Source of the DNA: Laetmonice hystrix
Lineage: Eukaryota
Assembly: GCA_965235115.1 (NCBI GenBank)
Contig: OZ249436.1
Location: 2,730,001 to 2,794,000, forward strand
DNA: 64,000 bases
Direction: 5' to 3'
The notes beneath the pieces are model-generated. The model saw only the letters and a program-made list of their open reading frames with translations. It was not told the DNA's origin and did no database searches. Shown piece after piece: positions 38,201 through 48,984 of the stretch (positions within the stretch are counted from its first letter, which is position 1; every line of letters starts with the position of its first letter). The translations under genes and the position numbers were made by a program.

Positions 38201-41200
38201 TGACTACAATGACCTGATGGCCCGTGTGCGCCACCACGTCCTCACAACCAGATGCAGGGTATGGTAATCTGTTCACCTCGCATCATTGTAAAAAACCATC
38301 AGAGTCGTACCCCCTACCCCATCAGGGTTGGACAAATCCACTAGCCCGAGGTCCGGGACCTGCCTATTATTGCTTCGGACTTGTGAAAATATATCAATGG
38401 TAGTCCGACTCTTGCCCAGTCGTGGTTAAACCTACTGTCATTGACAGGTAGTATCTGTCAGGACCTGGTGCCAGGCATGTAGCAGGTCACAAACCTCCAC
38501 AGATAAGATATTCATCTAAATTAGGTACAAATATCGTTTTCCTGTGACCAAAAAAAAAACTATCAGATTTTACCTGCAAATTTCACAAGGAAATATTAAC
38601 CATTCTATAGCTAAGGACTCCAGCCAACATACAAATGTTTTCTATAGCTAAGGACTTCAGCCAACATACAAATGTTTTCTATAGCTAAGGACTCCAGCCA
38701 ACATACAAATGTTTTCTATAGCTAAGGACTCCAGCCAACATACAAATGTTTTCTATAGCTAAGGACTCCAGCCAACATACAAATGTTTTCTATAGCTAAG
38801 GACTCCAGCCAACATACAAATGTTTTCTATAGCTAAGGACTCCAGCCAACATACAAATGTTTTTAATAATTCAATTTTAGATTTTTTTTGTCAGTTTAAA
38901 TTCACTTTCATGGTACATGCTGTTTGGTTGCGTAAGGCTTTGTTTCATTTCTTCTTTGTCATTCATAGTCACCCTAGCACATTGGTAAAGACAACTAAAA
39001 GATTCTGCATCTTTTTGATATCTAAGTTTTGACACTTACAACAATGGCATCTTGGTGTCATTAGCATACAATGTGGGTTTGTTTGAACCATATCAAAAGC
39101 GACTGCCAGCGAGGCACAGCTAGTTGCTAACTTTAAGATTGTATAACAGTGACAGAGACAATGTGGGTTTGTTTGAACCATATCAAAAGCGACTGCCAGC
39201 GAGGCACAGCGAGATGCTAACTTTAAGATTGTATAACAGTGACAGATACAATGTGGGTTTGTTTGAACCATATCAAAAGCAACTGCCAGCGAGGCACAGC
39301 GAGATGCTAATTTTAAGATTGTATAAGTGACAACAGGACAGTTAGGGTTTCCTAGACAAAGGAGATGTTGCCTAATGCTATTTTCAGTAGCCTAATTATC
39401 ACACTGCACTGCCACATCCCAAGTCAAAGCTTTCTACATGAAAGGTTTGTGGTTGTGGCAGGGGTGGTGCACTCAAAGGGGAATGAAGTTAACATGAAAA
39501 GAGAAGATTACGATTTGTAATCTAATACAATATCCTTTTCTGTTGTTAAATAAGATGGCATTCTTTGTGTGTACAGTCATTAGACAGGGTGACTACAGCA
39601 CAGGGAAAACAGGGAAAATGATAAAAATAAATCCCCAGCAGGGAAAACACAGGGCATTTAGCCAAGGATAAAAATTAGCAAAAGAAAAAAGTCAGTGAAA
39701 AGGCAGAATTGTTGAATATTGAAGTTTATTTGAAGAGCTCCTGACTCAATACTATTAATGCCTAAGGGGGGAAAATCCCACTTGCAAATTGATGATGATG
39801 ATGGTAATCTTATTCAAAACGGCTGCCATATTTGATAAAATCACTGAATAGCAGCCATGTCGGATAATAGGACACAGTTTGAAGTTTGAAATTGAACTTT
39901 TTGTGGTCACCCTGATTAGAACAAGGGACATTCACAATAGGTAGAGTTCTGAGTAACAATCGTATGAAATTTCTTTTCTAACATAGATAGGTTTGACATC
40001 TTGTGTATTTTAGGTTCAAACCAGAATTAGAATAAGAATTCATTTAGAAAAATTAATAAATTAAAAATTATGGTATACTTCCTGGAGTCCTGGATCAGAA
40101 ACCCGAAGTATGCGATAAGTAACCATAAAATAATTCCTTCAGTCTGTGTATCCTTTGTATTCCGCAGGTTAATTCTTCCAAGACTTTAATTCCTTCAGTC
40201 TGCGTATCCTTTGTATCACGCAGGTTAATTCTTCCAAGACTTTAATCCCTTCAGTCTGCATATCCTTTGTATTCCGCAGGTTAATTCTTCCAAGACTTTA
40301 ATTCCTTCAGTCTGCGTATCCTTTGTATCACGCAGGTTAATTCTTCCAAGACTTTAATCCCTTCAGTCTGCATATCCTTTGTATCCCGCAGATTAATTCT
40401 TCCAAGACTTTAATTCCTTCAGTCTGTGTATCCTTTGTATCACGCAGGTTAATTCTTCCAAGACTTTAATCCCTTCAGTCTGCATATCCTTTGTATTCCG
40501 CAGGTTAATTCTTCCAAGACTTTAATTCCTTCAGTCTGCGTATCCTTTGTATCACGCAGGTTAATTCTTCCAAGACTTTAATCCCTTCAGTCTGCATATC
40601 CTTTGTATCCCGCAGATTAATTCTTCCAAGACTTTAATTCCTTCAGTCTGTGTATCCTTTGTATCCCACAGGTCAATTATTCCAACACTTTAATTCCTTC
40701 AGTCTGCGTATCCTTTGTATCCCACAGGTCAATTATTCCAACACTTTAATTCCTTCAGTCTGCGTATCCTTTGTATTCTGCAGGTTAATTCTTCCAAGAC
40801 TTTAATTCCTTCAGTCTGCGTATCCTTTGTATCCCACAGGTTAATTCTTCCAAGACTTTAATTCCTTCAGTCTGGGTATCCTTTGTATCCCGCAGGTTAA
40901 TTCTTCCAAGACTTTAATCCCTTCAGTCTGGGTATCCTTTGTATCACGCAGGTTAATCCAAGACTTTAATTCCTTCAGTCTGGGTATCCTTTGTATCACG
41001 CAGGTTAATCCAAGACTTTAATTCCTTCAGTCTGTGTATCCTTTGTATCCTGCAGGTTTGTGAATTCTTCCAAGACTTTGACTCATTGCGCAGTGGATCC
41101 ATCACCAGGGCTCAGTTCCGCCGAGGCCTCAGTGATCTTGGGCTTAGTGCCCTTGGCAATCATAACCTCACAGACAAACAGTTCCAAGTTCTTTGTGAAG

Positions 41201-44200
41201 CCTATGTTGAACCCACAATGCCAGACAAAGTTCATTGGACCAAATTTACTGAAGATGTTGAAAGTGGTAAGGTTCTTTTTCTTAGGAGAGTATTTAATAT
41301 CTTAAAAAGAAAATTTTTTTTATATGTGCATTTTTTTTTAGAGTTTGAGCATAAATTTATACCTAAATCTATACAAACCCCTGTATTGCTAATGTGCAAT
41401 ACTAAATGGAAAACGGGGAAATCAGAATAATTTTCCATTCATTTATTTTTCAGTGGTGACACAGCGTAACCTGGAGAAGAACCCATCCCATCAGGTTCCA
41501 CCATCAGAGATATTCCTGGTGCCGAAACCAGGCACCATGGACTGGAGGAATGCATCTCAGGACCACATAGAGAAGGTGGACCGAATCATGCAGCGTCTAC
41601 GTCAACGAGCCAATCAGAGACGGGTCCTACTGAAACCTACCTTTCAGGATTTTGATAGGTAACACCCTCATTACATCCTGGATATTAACTTTGACAGGTA
41701 ACACCCTCATTACATCCTCCACATTAACTTTGACAGGTAACATCCTCATTACATCCTCCACATTAACTTTGACAGGTAACATCCTCATTACATCCTCCAC
41801 ATTAACTTTGACAGGTAACACCATCATTACATCCTCCACATTAACTTTGACAGGTAACACCATCATTACATCCTCCACATTAACTTTGACAGGTAACACC
41901 ATCATTACATCCTCCACATTAATTTTGATAGGTAACACCATCATTACATCCTGCACATTAACTTTGACAGGTAACACCATCATTACATCCTGCACATTAA
42001 CTTTGACAGGTAACACCCTCATTACATCCTGCACATTAACTTTGACAGGTAACACCATCATTACATCCTGCACATTAACTTTGACAGGTAAAACCTGCAG
42101 TATATCCTGCACATTAACTTTGACAGGTAACATCCACGTTATACCCCCCCCCCCCCCCCCCCCATCCCCACCAACTGGAATTTAATTACTAGCTGTGGGT
42201 GGGCCTGTAGCTGTGCCAACAAATCGGACCACCCCACCATGCCAGTACCGGTACACAGTAAACCATAAATAACCCTTTGACCAGTAAACCAAAGAGAAAA
42301 GATTAGCTCGATATCTAGACCATATAAAAGAACAACTGACGTAATTTGATACCCTAAGTAGTTTATGTTAATGTGGTGGCAGAAGCATTTCTGGAGGACT
42401 TAGAATTAAGTTGTAAATTTGAGATATTGAGATTGTGGCTGCACTTATTGTTAGCCTATGGTAATAAGGAAAGCCCTGATGCCAAACTGTTTGAGACATG
42501 CAGACTGTATACCTAGGCCTACACAGCTGATGGTGTTGATGGCTATTGTCTGTACCAGCATTGAATATAGTCATGTAATGGCAGCAAACTTGGTCATCAC
42601 TGGTTGAACAATGACTACCAGTCAGACGCCCTGATTGGAGCCCTCAGTGGTGCTGCAGGCATGGTCTACATGAAGGTCATCACTGGTTGAACAATGACTA
42701 CCAGTCAGACGCCCTGATTGGAGCCCTCAGTGGTGCTGCAGGCATGGTCTACATGAAGGTCATCACTGGTTGAACAATGACTACCAGTCAGACGCCCTGA
42801 TTGGAGCCCTCAGTGGTGCTGCAGACATGGTCTACATGAAGGTCATCACTGGTTGAACAATGACTACCAGTCAGACGCCCTGATTGGAGCCCTCAGTGGT
42901 GCTGCAGACATGGTCTACATGAAGGTCATCACTGGTTGAACAATGACTACCAGTCAGACGCCCTGATTGGAGCCCTCAGTGGTGCTGCAGGCATGGTCTA
43001 CATGAAGGTCATCACTGGTTGAACAATGACTACCAGTCAGACGCCCTGATTGCAGCCCTCAGTGGTGCTGCAGGCATGGTCTACATGAAGGTCATCACTG
43101 GTTGAACAATGACTACCAGTCAGACGCCCTGATTGGAGCATGCAGCATGAAGGCAGTCCGCATGGAGCACTGCTGGAGTACCGGCTGTAGCTGTCATGTG
43201 AGGGTTGGGGTGGGGGGGTGGGGGGGTTTGTACAATGCAAGGTAGTTACTGTCTATAAGTAATGGAAGTTAAATATTACAGAGTTCTAAAATTATTGCCT
43301 GAGATTCCATGTTGACATAGTGGAGTGTGACTGATAAAGGGACCTAGCGTGAATAATAACTCCCAAGAAAAATGATGGCTTTCTCTTTCTGTGTTGTTTT
43401 TCATTTTTACACAAATCATACATGTGATGTTTTATTTTCTTTCATTTAAATGTGTAAAAGAAAGAAGAGTTGTGGACACGAAAATAAAATAAGGGGGGAA
43501 AAAAAAATAAGCATTATAAGCTAGTTTTTTTCTATGTTCCCTAATCAGGTTTTCCCTGTTCAGCGTCATTTTGAGATGTTCTGCTTGAATCCTGATGCAG
43601 ACACAACAACGGCCACGTGACAAGGCCGCAGTTCCGGCAGTGTATGACGATGCTGGAACTTCTCCTTACCGAGTGTGAAATGGAAACCCTGGAGGCGAAG
43701 TTCTGTAATGACACTGGTTTCAACTACCTGGCCTTCTTGTCTGAGCTCCAGCCCACTGATCCAACCAAGATGATGTACCCGGAGCTGAGGCAGCAACAGG
43801 CTACCATGAACAAACGGAGACCTGAGGTTAACGTGTCAACTGACCTTGAGAGTATCTTGGTGAAGATTAAAACAAAGGTGAGCATGACATTGATCTGGGA
43901 TACGGTGGGAACACATCAGTTTGGATGTGTTCAAAGATCAACTGATGATATTGTAGAGGTTAGATTAAGGGAGAAACAAGAGAACGATGCCTTGATTTGA
44001 TTTAACTACCAATATGACATCCAGAATCTGATGGTATTTCTTTAGCGATAAAAGAGATCACATATTCGTTATCACTAAAACCGACCACCAATTTCATGGA
44101 AATGGTGTCCAGATATCCATGTATACCGGGGTACATTACCAGATCATATGACGTACAATGTGATTGCCGGTACCTATTTTATTGTTCTTTCCACTTCATT

Positions 44201-46235
44201 ATCTACAGAGAGGTATTCCTACATGATTTGTGTGTGTATTGTAGGTTTTTAAAAACCGAGTGCGCGTACATGAATGGATGAGGGACTATGATAAACTTCG
44301 CTCAGGACGTATTGCTAAGAGCAACTTTCGACGGGCCTTGGATTCCTGTCTATTTGAGTTGGCCGAGTCAGAGTTAGCTATCCTGGAACATCAGTATGTA
44401 TTTGATATCTACTTTTTGTCACAAAACTTGAGCTAACCAGTGAAGTTATTTTTTCACCAATAAGGAGTCTATAGATCCACTATATTGCTAGTAAAAACGT
44501 CATTATAAAGCTGTAGAGGTCGTAGAAATATAGGTTGTATTTGTAAGAATTAGATATAACAGAAGAAGAAATGAATGAAATGAGAATAATGTGATAAGTT
44601 GAATTATTTCTATTCGACAGTTACCAGAGTCTAGAGGACCCAGATTTTGTCAACTGGTGCACTTTCTCCGACGAGATCGAGTCAATGTTCACTGTGAAGA
44701 ACCTAGAGAAGGCGCCGTTACTGGTCGTCGACCAGTTCAAACCTCCTGAGGAATGGAAACAAAACAATCTGTCTCCTGACATGGAGCAAATCCTCACCAA
44801 CTGTATGGAACGACTGGCTCAGAAGGTGAGACAACTCACTGCTAGCTCCTATATGTCCTATAGTGTGCTCCACTGAAATAAGTACTTAGTTTACATTGAC
44901 GTTACATGGAGCAAATCCTCACCAACTGTATGGAACGACTGGCCCAGAAGGTAAGACAACTCACTGCTAGCTCCTATATGTCCTATAGACAATAATAGTG
45001 TGCTCCACTGAAATAAGTACTTAGTTTACATTGTACGTTACATGGAGCAAATCCTCGACAACTGTATGGAACGACTGACCCAGAAGGTGAGACAACTCAC
45101 TGCTATAGTGTGCTCCACTGAAATAAGTACCAGTAGTTTACATTGTACGTTACATGGAGTAAATCCTCACCAACTGTATGGAGTGACTGACCCAGAAGGT
45201 GAGACAACTCACTGCTAGCTCCTATATGTCCTATAGACAATAATAGTGTGCTCCACTGAAATAAGTACCAGTAGTTTACATTGTACGTTACATGGAGCAA
45301 ATCCTCACCAACTGTATGGAGCAACTGGCCCAGAAGGTGAGACAACTCACTGCTATAGTGTGCTCCACTGAAATAAGTACCAGTAGTTTACATTGTACGT
45401 TACATGGAGATCCTCACCAACTGTATGGAGCAACTGACCCAGAAGGTGAGACAACTGACTGCTATAGTGTGCTCCACTGAAATAAGTACCAGTAGTTTAC
45501 ATTGACGTTACATGGAGCAAATCCTCACCAACTGTATGGAGCAACTGACCCAGAAGGTGAGACAACTGACTGCTAGCTCCTATATGTCCTATAGACAATA
45601 ATAGTGTGCTCCACTGAAATAAGTACCAGTAGGTTACATTGTACGTTACATGGAGCAAATCCTCACCAACTGTATGGAGCAACTGACCCAGAAGGTGAGA
45701 CAACTCACTGCTAGCTCCTATATGTCCTATAGACAATAATAGTGTGCTCCACTGAAATAAGTACCAGTAGTTTACATTGACATTACATGGAGCAAATCCT
45801 CACCAACTGTATGGAGCAACTGACCCAGAAGGTGAGACAACTCACTGCTGACTCCAGTTGTCATGTCCTCTAGCAGGGGCATAGCCAGGATTTTCTGAGG
45901 GGGGGGGGGGAGATCTGCGACACACTTTATTTTTCCATGATCAAAGCGTCCGCTGTGTCTGATGAAGATATTGTTTACAGGTGAGGAAGAATCGTATACA
46001 ACTCTACCCACTGTTTGAGGACTACGACCGAGTTCACAACGGTACGGTATCTCGGTCCCAGTTCCGGCGTGTCCTCAGTGAGCTCGACTTGGCCAGTCTG
46101 GTGGCCACAGAACAAGAGTGGGTTTGTATGTGGGAGAAGTTTGATGTCAAGGTGGGCGGCAAGGATGATGTTAATTATATCGGCTTCTGTGATCTCATCT
46201 ACAACCTGGCCCACTTTGAATGGAGGAAACCCTAA
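35277..46235 (+). CDS. Large four-repeat EF-hand protein (~924 aa), probably ciliary/axonemal
   Basis: 15 phase-consistent exons: 35277-35394, 35706-35907, 36102-36267, 36398-36604, 36722-36989, 37198-37271, 37374-37493, 37784-37949, 38107-38258, 41056-41266, 41454-41658, 43601-43877, 44245-44393, 44621-44825, 45981-46235. Eight recurrent F.D(F/Y)D....G.(I/V)...QF units followed by VNY..F motifs. Confidence 0.88.
38603..38862. repeat. 37-bp minisatellite x7
   Basis: ttctatagctaaggactccagccaacatacaaatgtt. Confidence 0.95.
39068..39330. repeat. 90-bp tandem repeat x3
   Basis: acaatgtgggtttgtttgaaccatatcaaaagcgactgccagc... at 39068, 39158, 39248. Confidence 0.9.
39585..39914. mobile_element. 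MITE, CAGGG termini, 6-bp TSD (attaga)
   Basis: cagggtgactaca / tgtggtcaccctg; attaga on both sides. Confidence 0.7.
40131..41080 (+). repeat. 56-bp minisatellite (~16 copies) duplicating the exon-10 splice acceptor
   Basis: Unit ttccttcagtctgcgtatcctttgtatcacgcag|GTTAATTCTTCCAAGACTTTAA; the last copy is the true acceptor of exon 41056. Confidence 0.95.
41650..42132 (+). repeat. 39-bp minisatellite (~12 copies) duplicating the exon-11 splice donor
   Basis: Unit tttgacag|gtaacaccctcattacatcctccacattaac. Confidence 0.95.
42592..43140. repeat. 83-bp tandem repeat, ~6.5 copies
   Basis: ggtcatcactggttgaacaatgactaccagtcagacgccctgattggagccctcagtggtgctgcaggcatggtctacatgaa. Confidence 0.95.
44779..45850 (+). 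repeat. ~110-138 bp tandem repeat x9 duplicating the exon-14 end and donor
   Basis: catggagcaaatcctcaccaactgtatgga...cagaag|gtgagacaac at ~44780, 44905, 45041, 45153, 45291, 45403, 45511, 45648, 45786. Confidence 0.95.
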
Positions 46236-47772
46236 TCAGCCATGGTCGACCCTAATCAGCCATGGTCGACCCTAATCAGCCATGGTCGATCGCTGCCCAG
46301 TCTTGGCTTGTGTAAACTTTATCTTGTAAAGTGGTCAATCATAAAGATGAAGACGCATGGGAGAATTGCTACCATTGAAAAACAAAAAATGTTTTAATAT
46401 GAAAGACAGCAGCAAACTATATTGAATGGAAACATTTATATTTTGTATCCAAAAGCTGAAAATATGGGTGTTTCCTGATAGCATTGTTATAAATCAGCAT
46501 GATTATAAATACTTATAGTTGGGTGGGGTGGGGGTGGACTTTGTTAGAATTAGATGACAGAAACTTTGTTTTTCAGCTGCTTGTGTTTTACAGGTAGATA
46601 ATCTGGATTTGAAATATGTGATAAGAGTAGTGTTAAAAACCCCAAACTCTATGCCACAAGTTAGACCTTAGTGCCCGACGTACCCAAGGAAGCATTATGT
46701 CACCTCGTATGACGTACTATACACTGTGCAGATTTTATTGACCATCCAACTGGTAGCTTTTACAAATCAGTTATGGATGTACTATGTTTGCAGCATTGTT
46801 TATAGGAGATAGTTTCCAAATCCTTTGGGGGTTATCGGCACATTACTCGGTAATTGTTATTAACTTATTAGTATTGAGCCAAGTTATCGAAGAGACTCGT
46901 CGAAAATTGTCAAGGCAAAATGACAAACAAGCAAAGTAGCATTAATCAATATGTATTAAGCCAAGGACTCGTACCACTAGGAGGTACATATCACCTAGTG
47001 TCACCCAAAGTAAAAAAAATATTTGTAACTCGTTTAGTGCGCGGTTTCCATCTGTGATATATGATATATGCCGGTTCTCGTGTTTTAAAGAACCTGGCAG
47101 AAAGGTTTTTATCCCAGCATTAAACATAAATATGATCTATGTTGGATGTTGGTGTACTGTTGGTTAATAAACACTAGATGACGAGTATTGTACACATCTG
47201 TGCTAAAGTTCACTAACATTTTATGTTTTACCTATTGTACAGCCTTCACAGACTTAAAGCAATGCCGGCTGGCGGCCACCTTTCAAATTCCAGCTACGAC
47301 TGGATCGGGTGGTAACATCAATAAAAGATTATTAATATTTTCTTTTTAAGAAAAAGGTTGAAAACTAAATCTTCAGCAACGAACACCCAAAATAAAATGT
47401 ATTTTGCTGGGGTGTGTGTATGTATATACTCGTCCTAATGTTATGCAAGCTGTGATTACTTGTCGAAAAGCTAGGAATCAAACCCGAATAAAGTTTGGAT
47501 CAACTGAACCTCTTTCTGCGTTTTTGTTTTTGAACGTTTTTGAAGTGTGCGACAGTTGTGCGGGGTTGTGAACGGTTTTAAGGGCTTTAGCCACTAAGCC
47601 GACAGATCAGCCGATTCCGTAAATGCATGGTGTGGTTGGTCCCATTACAAGTACGCTACTATAGACATAACTTGGGTATCGAAATTGTAAGCACAAATAA
47701 TATATATCGCAAAAGGTATTCCAATTTTATTATGGCCTACCGTCAACTTACGCTTGGAGTGTCGCATTTCTG

Positions 47773-48031
47773 CCACTAGCCTGGCGGCTAACTTGGAGAA
47801 TACGTACAGCCCATCAGTCCACACTGCCCGTTACGGGCGCCCACAACGCCACCCTGCCCAGTGGTCCGTCAAACAGGTGCACAGGGAGTCCATGCATACC
47901 ACTAGATGGCGGTAGTTTCGATTTGTCACCAATGCATGCTTTTGCAGTAGGCTGGACCGCTGGCGCCACCTGCCAGTCAAGTTTTCAACACGGACTTCAT
48001 GACCATAATTAAGCAGCCGCCATCTAGTGCC
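47773..48031. promoter_or_regulatory. Cluster of CTCF-like motifs
   Basis: ccactagatggcgg (47899,+), ctggcaggtggcgcc (47962-76,-), gcactagatggcggc (48016-31,-), weaker ccactagcctggcggc (47773). Confidence 0.55.
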
Positions 48032-48984
48032 AGGCATGTACACTAACATTTCACCCTTTGAGAGAGAGACAGATAGACAGACAGACAGGCCGAGGCAGAG
48101 ACACAGACAGAGAGCGAGAGAGAGATAGAGACAGGGACAGAGAGTTGGAAGTGGGAAATAATTAGCCAGTCACAATGTCCTATAGCGCCTACGCATGGCG
48201 TTTCTCCCATTCTCCGACTTTTTCTCATTTGTGAAAATATATATTATAGGGCTACTACAGTAAGGAAAGTAGCACCAACTGCGTCAGTCGTTTCTAATAA
48301 AGATAGGCAATGGGGTGGGGTGCGAGAGCCCCCACTAAGCTAGATCGTACCAGAATCCAGACTTCAGCCCCCTCCCCCCTTAAAATCTGGATGATATACA
48401 TTTATTAGGCCTAGGTCTACGAATAACATAGAGAGAGAGCCTATAGATGTCTCGAGCCCCGGGCGCCTTGCACAGTGATTAACCCCCCCAACCCTAGCCC
48501 CCCCCCCCAACCCCCAATCCCAAAATTCCTGGATCACCCCTTGGAACTATCAGGCATTAGACCAAAGCCTGTAGTCCTAGTGTCCGACTCTGCCTTCTCT
48601 GGTTCTTGAAATTCTTGTTCTTGAAAAGGCCCTGGACCAACAACGGTCATTATACCATTTAATTCCCATCGTGTTTGCAGATTTATACTAGATTAAAACG
48701 TCACCCCCTCTCCTGTGCCCCCCCCCCACCCCACCCCGACCGAGTGCTCCCGTTTGGTCAGGCCTGCCCCCCCCCCCCCCCGATCAAGTACTCCCGTTTG
48801 GTCAGGCCATGCTCTCCCGAGCTGCTTTGAGTGACCAGGTGGAGTACTGGCTCAATCCAAACGCTGTGACGTCACTTACACGGAAATCCAATCAGTGAAA
48901 TTGGTGACAAACCGAGGCAAAGTGCCGCCGACCCTTTCTGACAGAAGGTTTGCCAGGACTACAATGCAAATGGAGACCGCCAAA

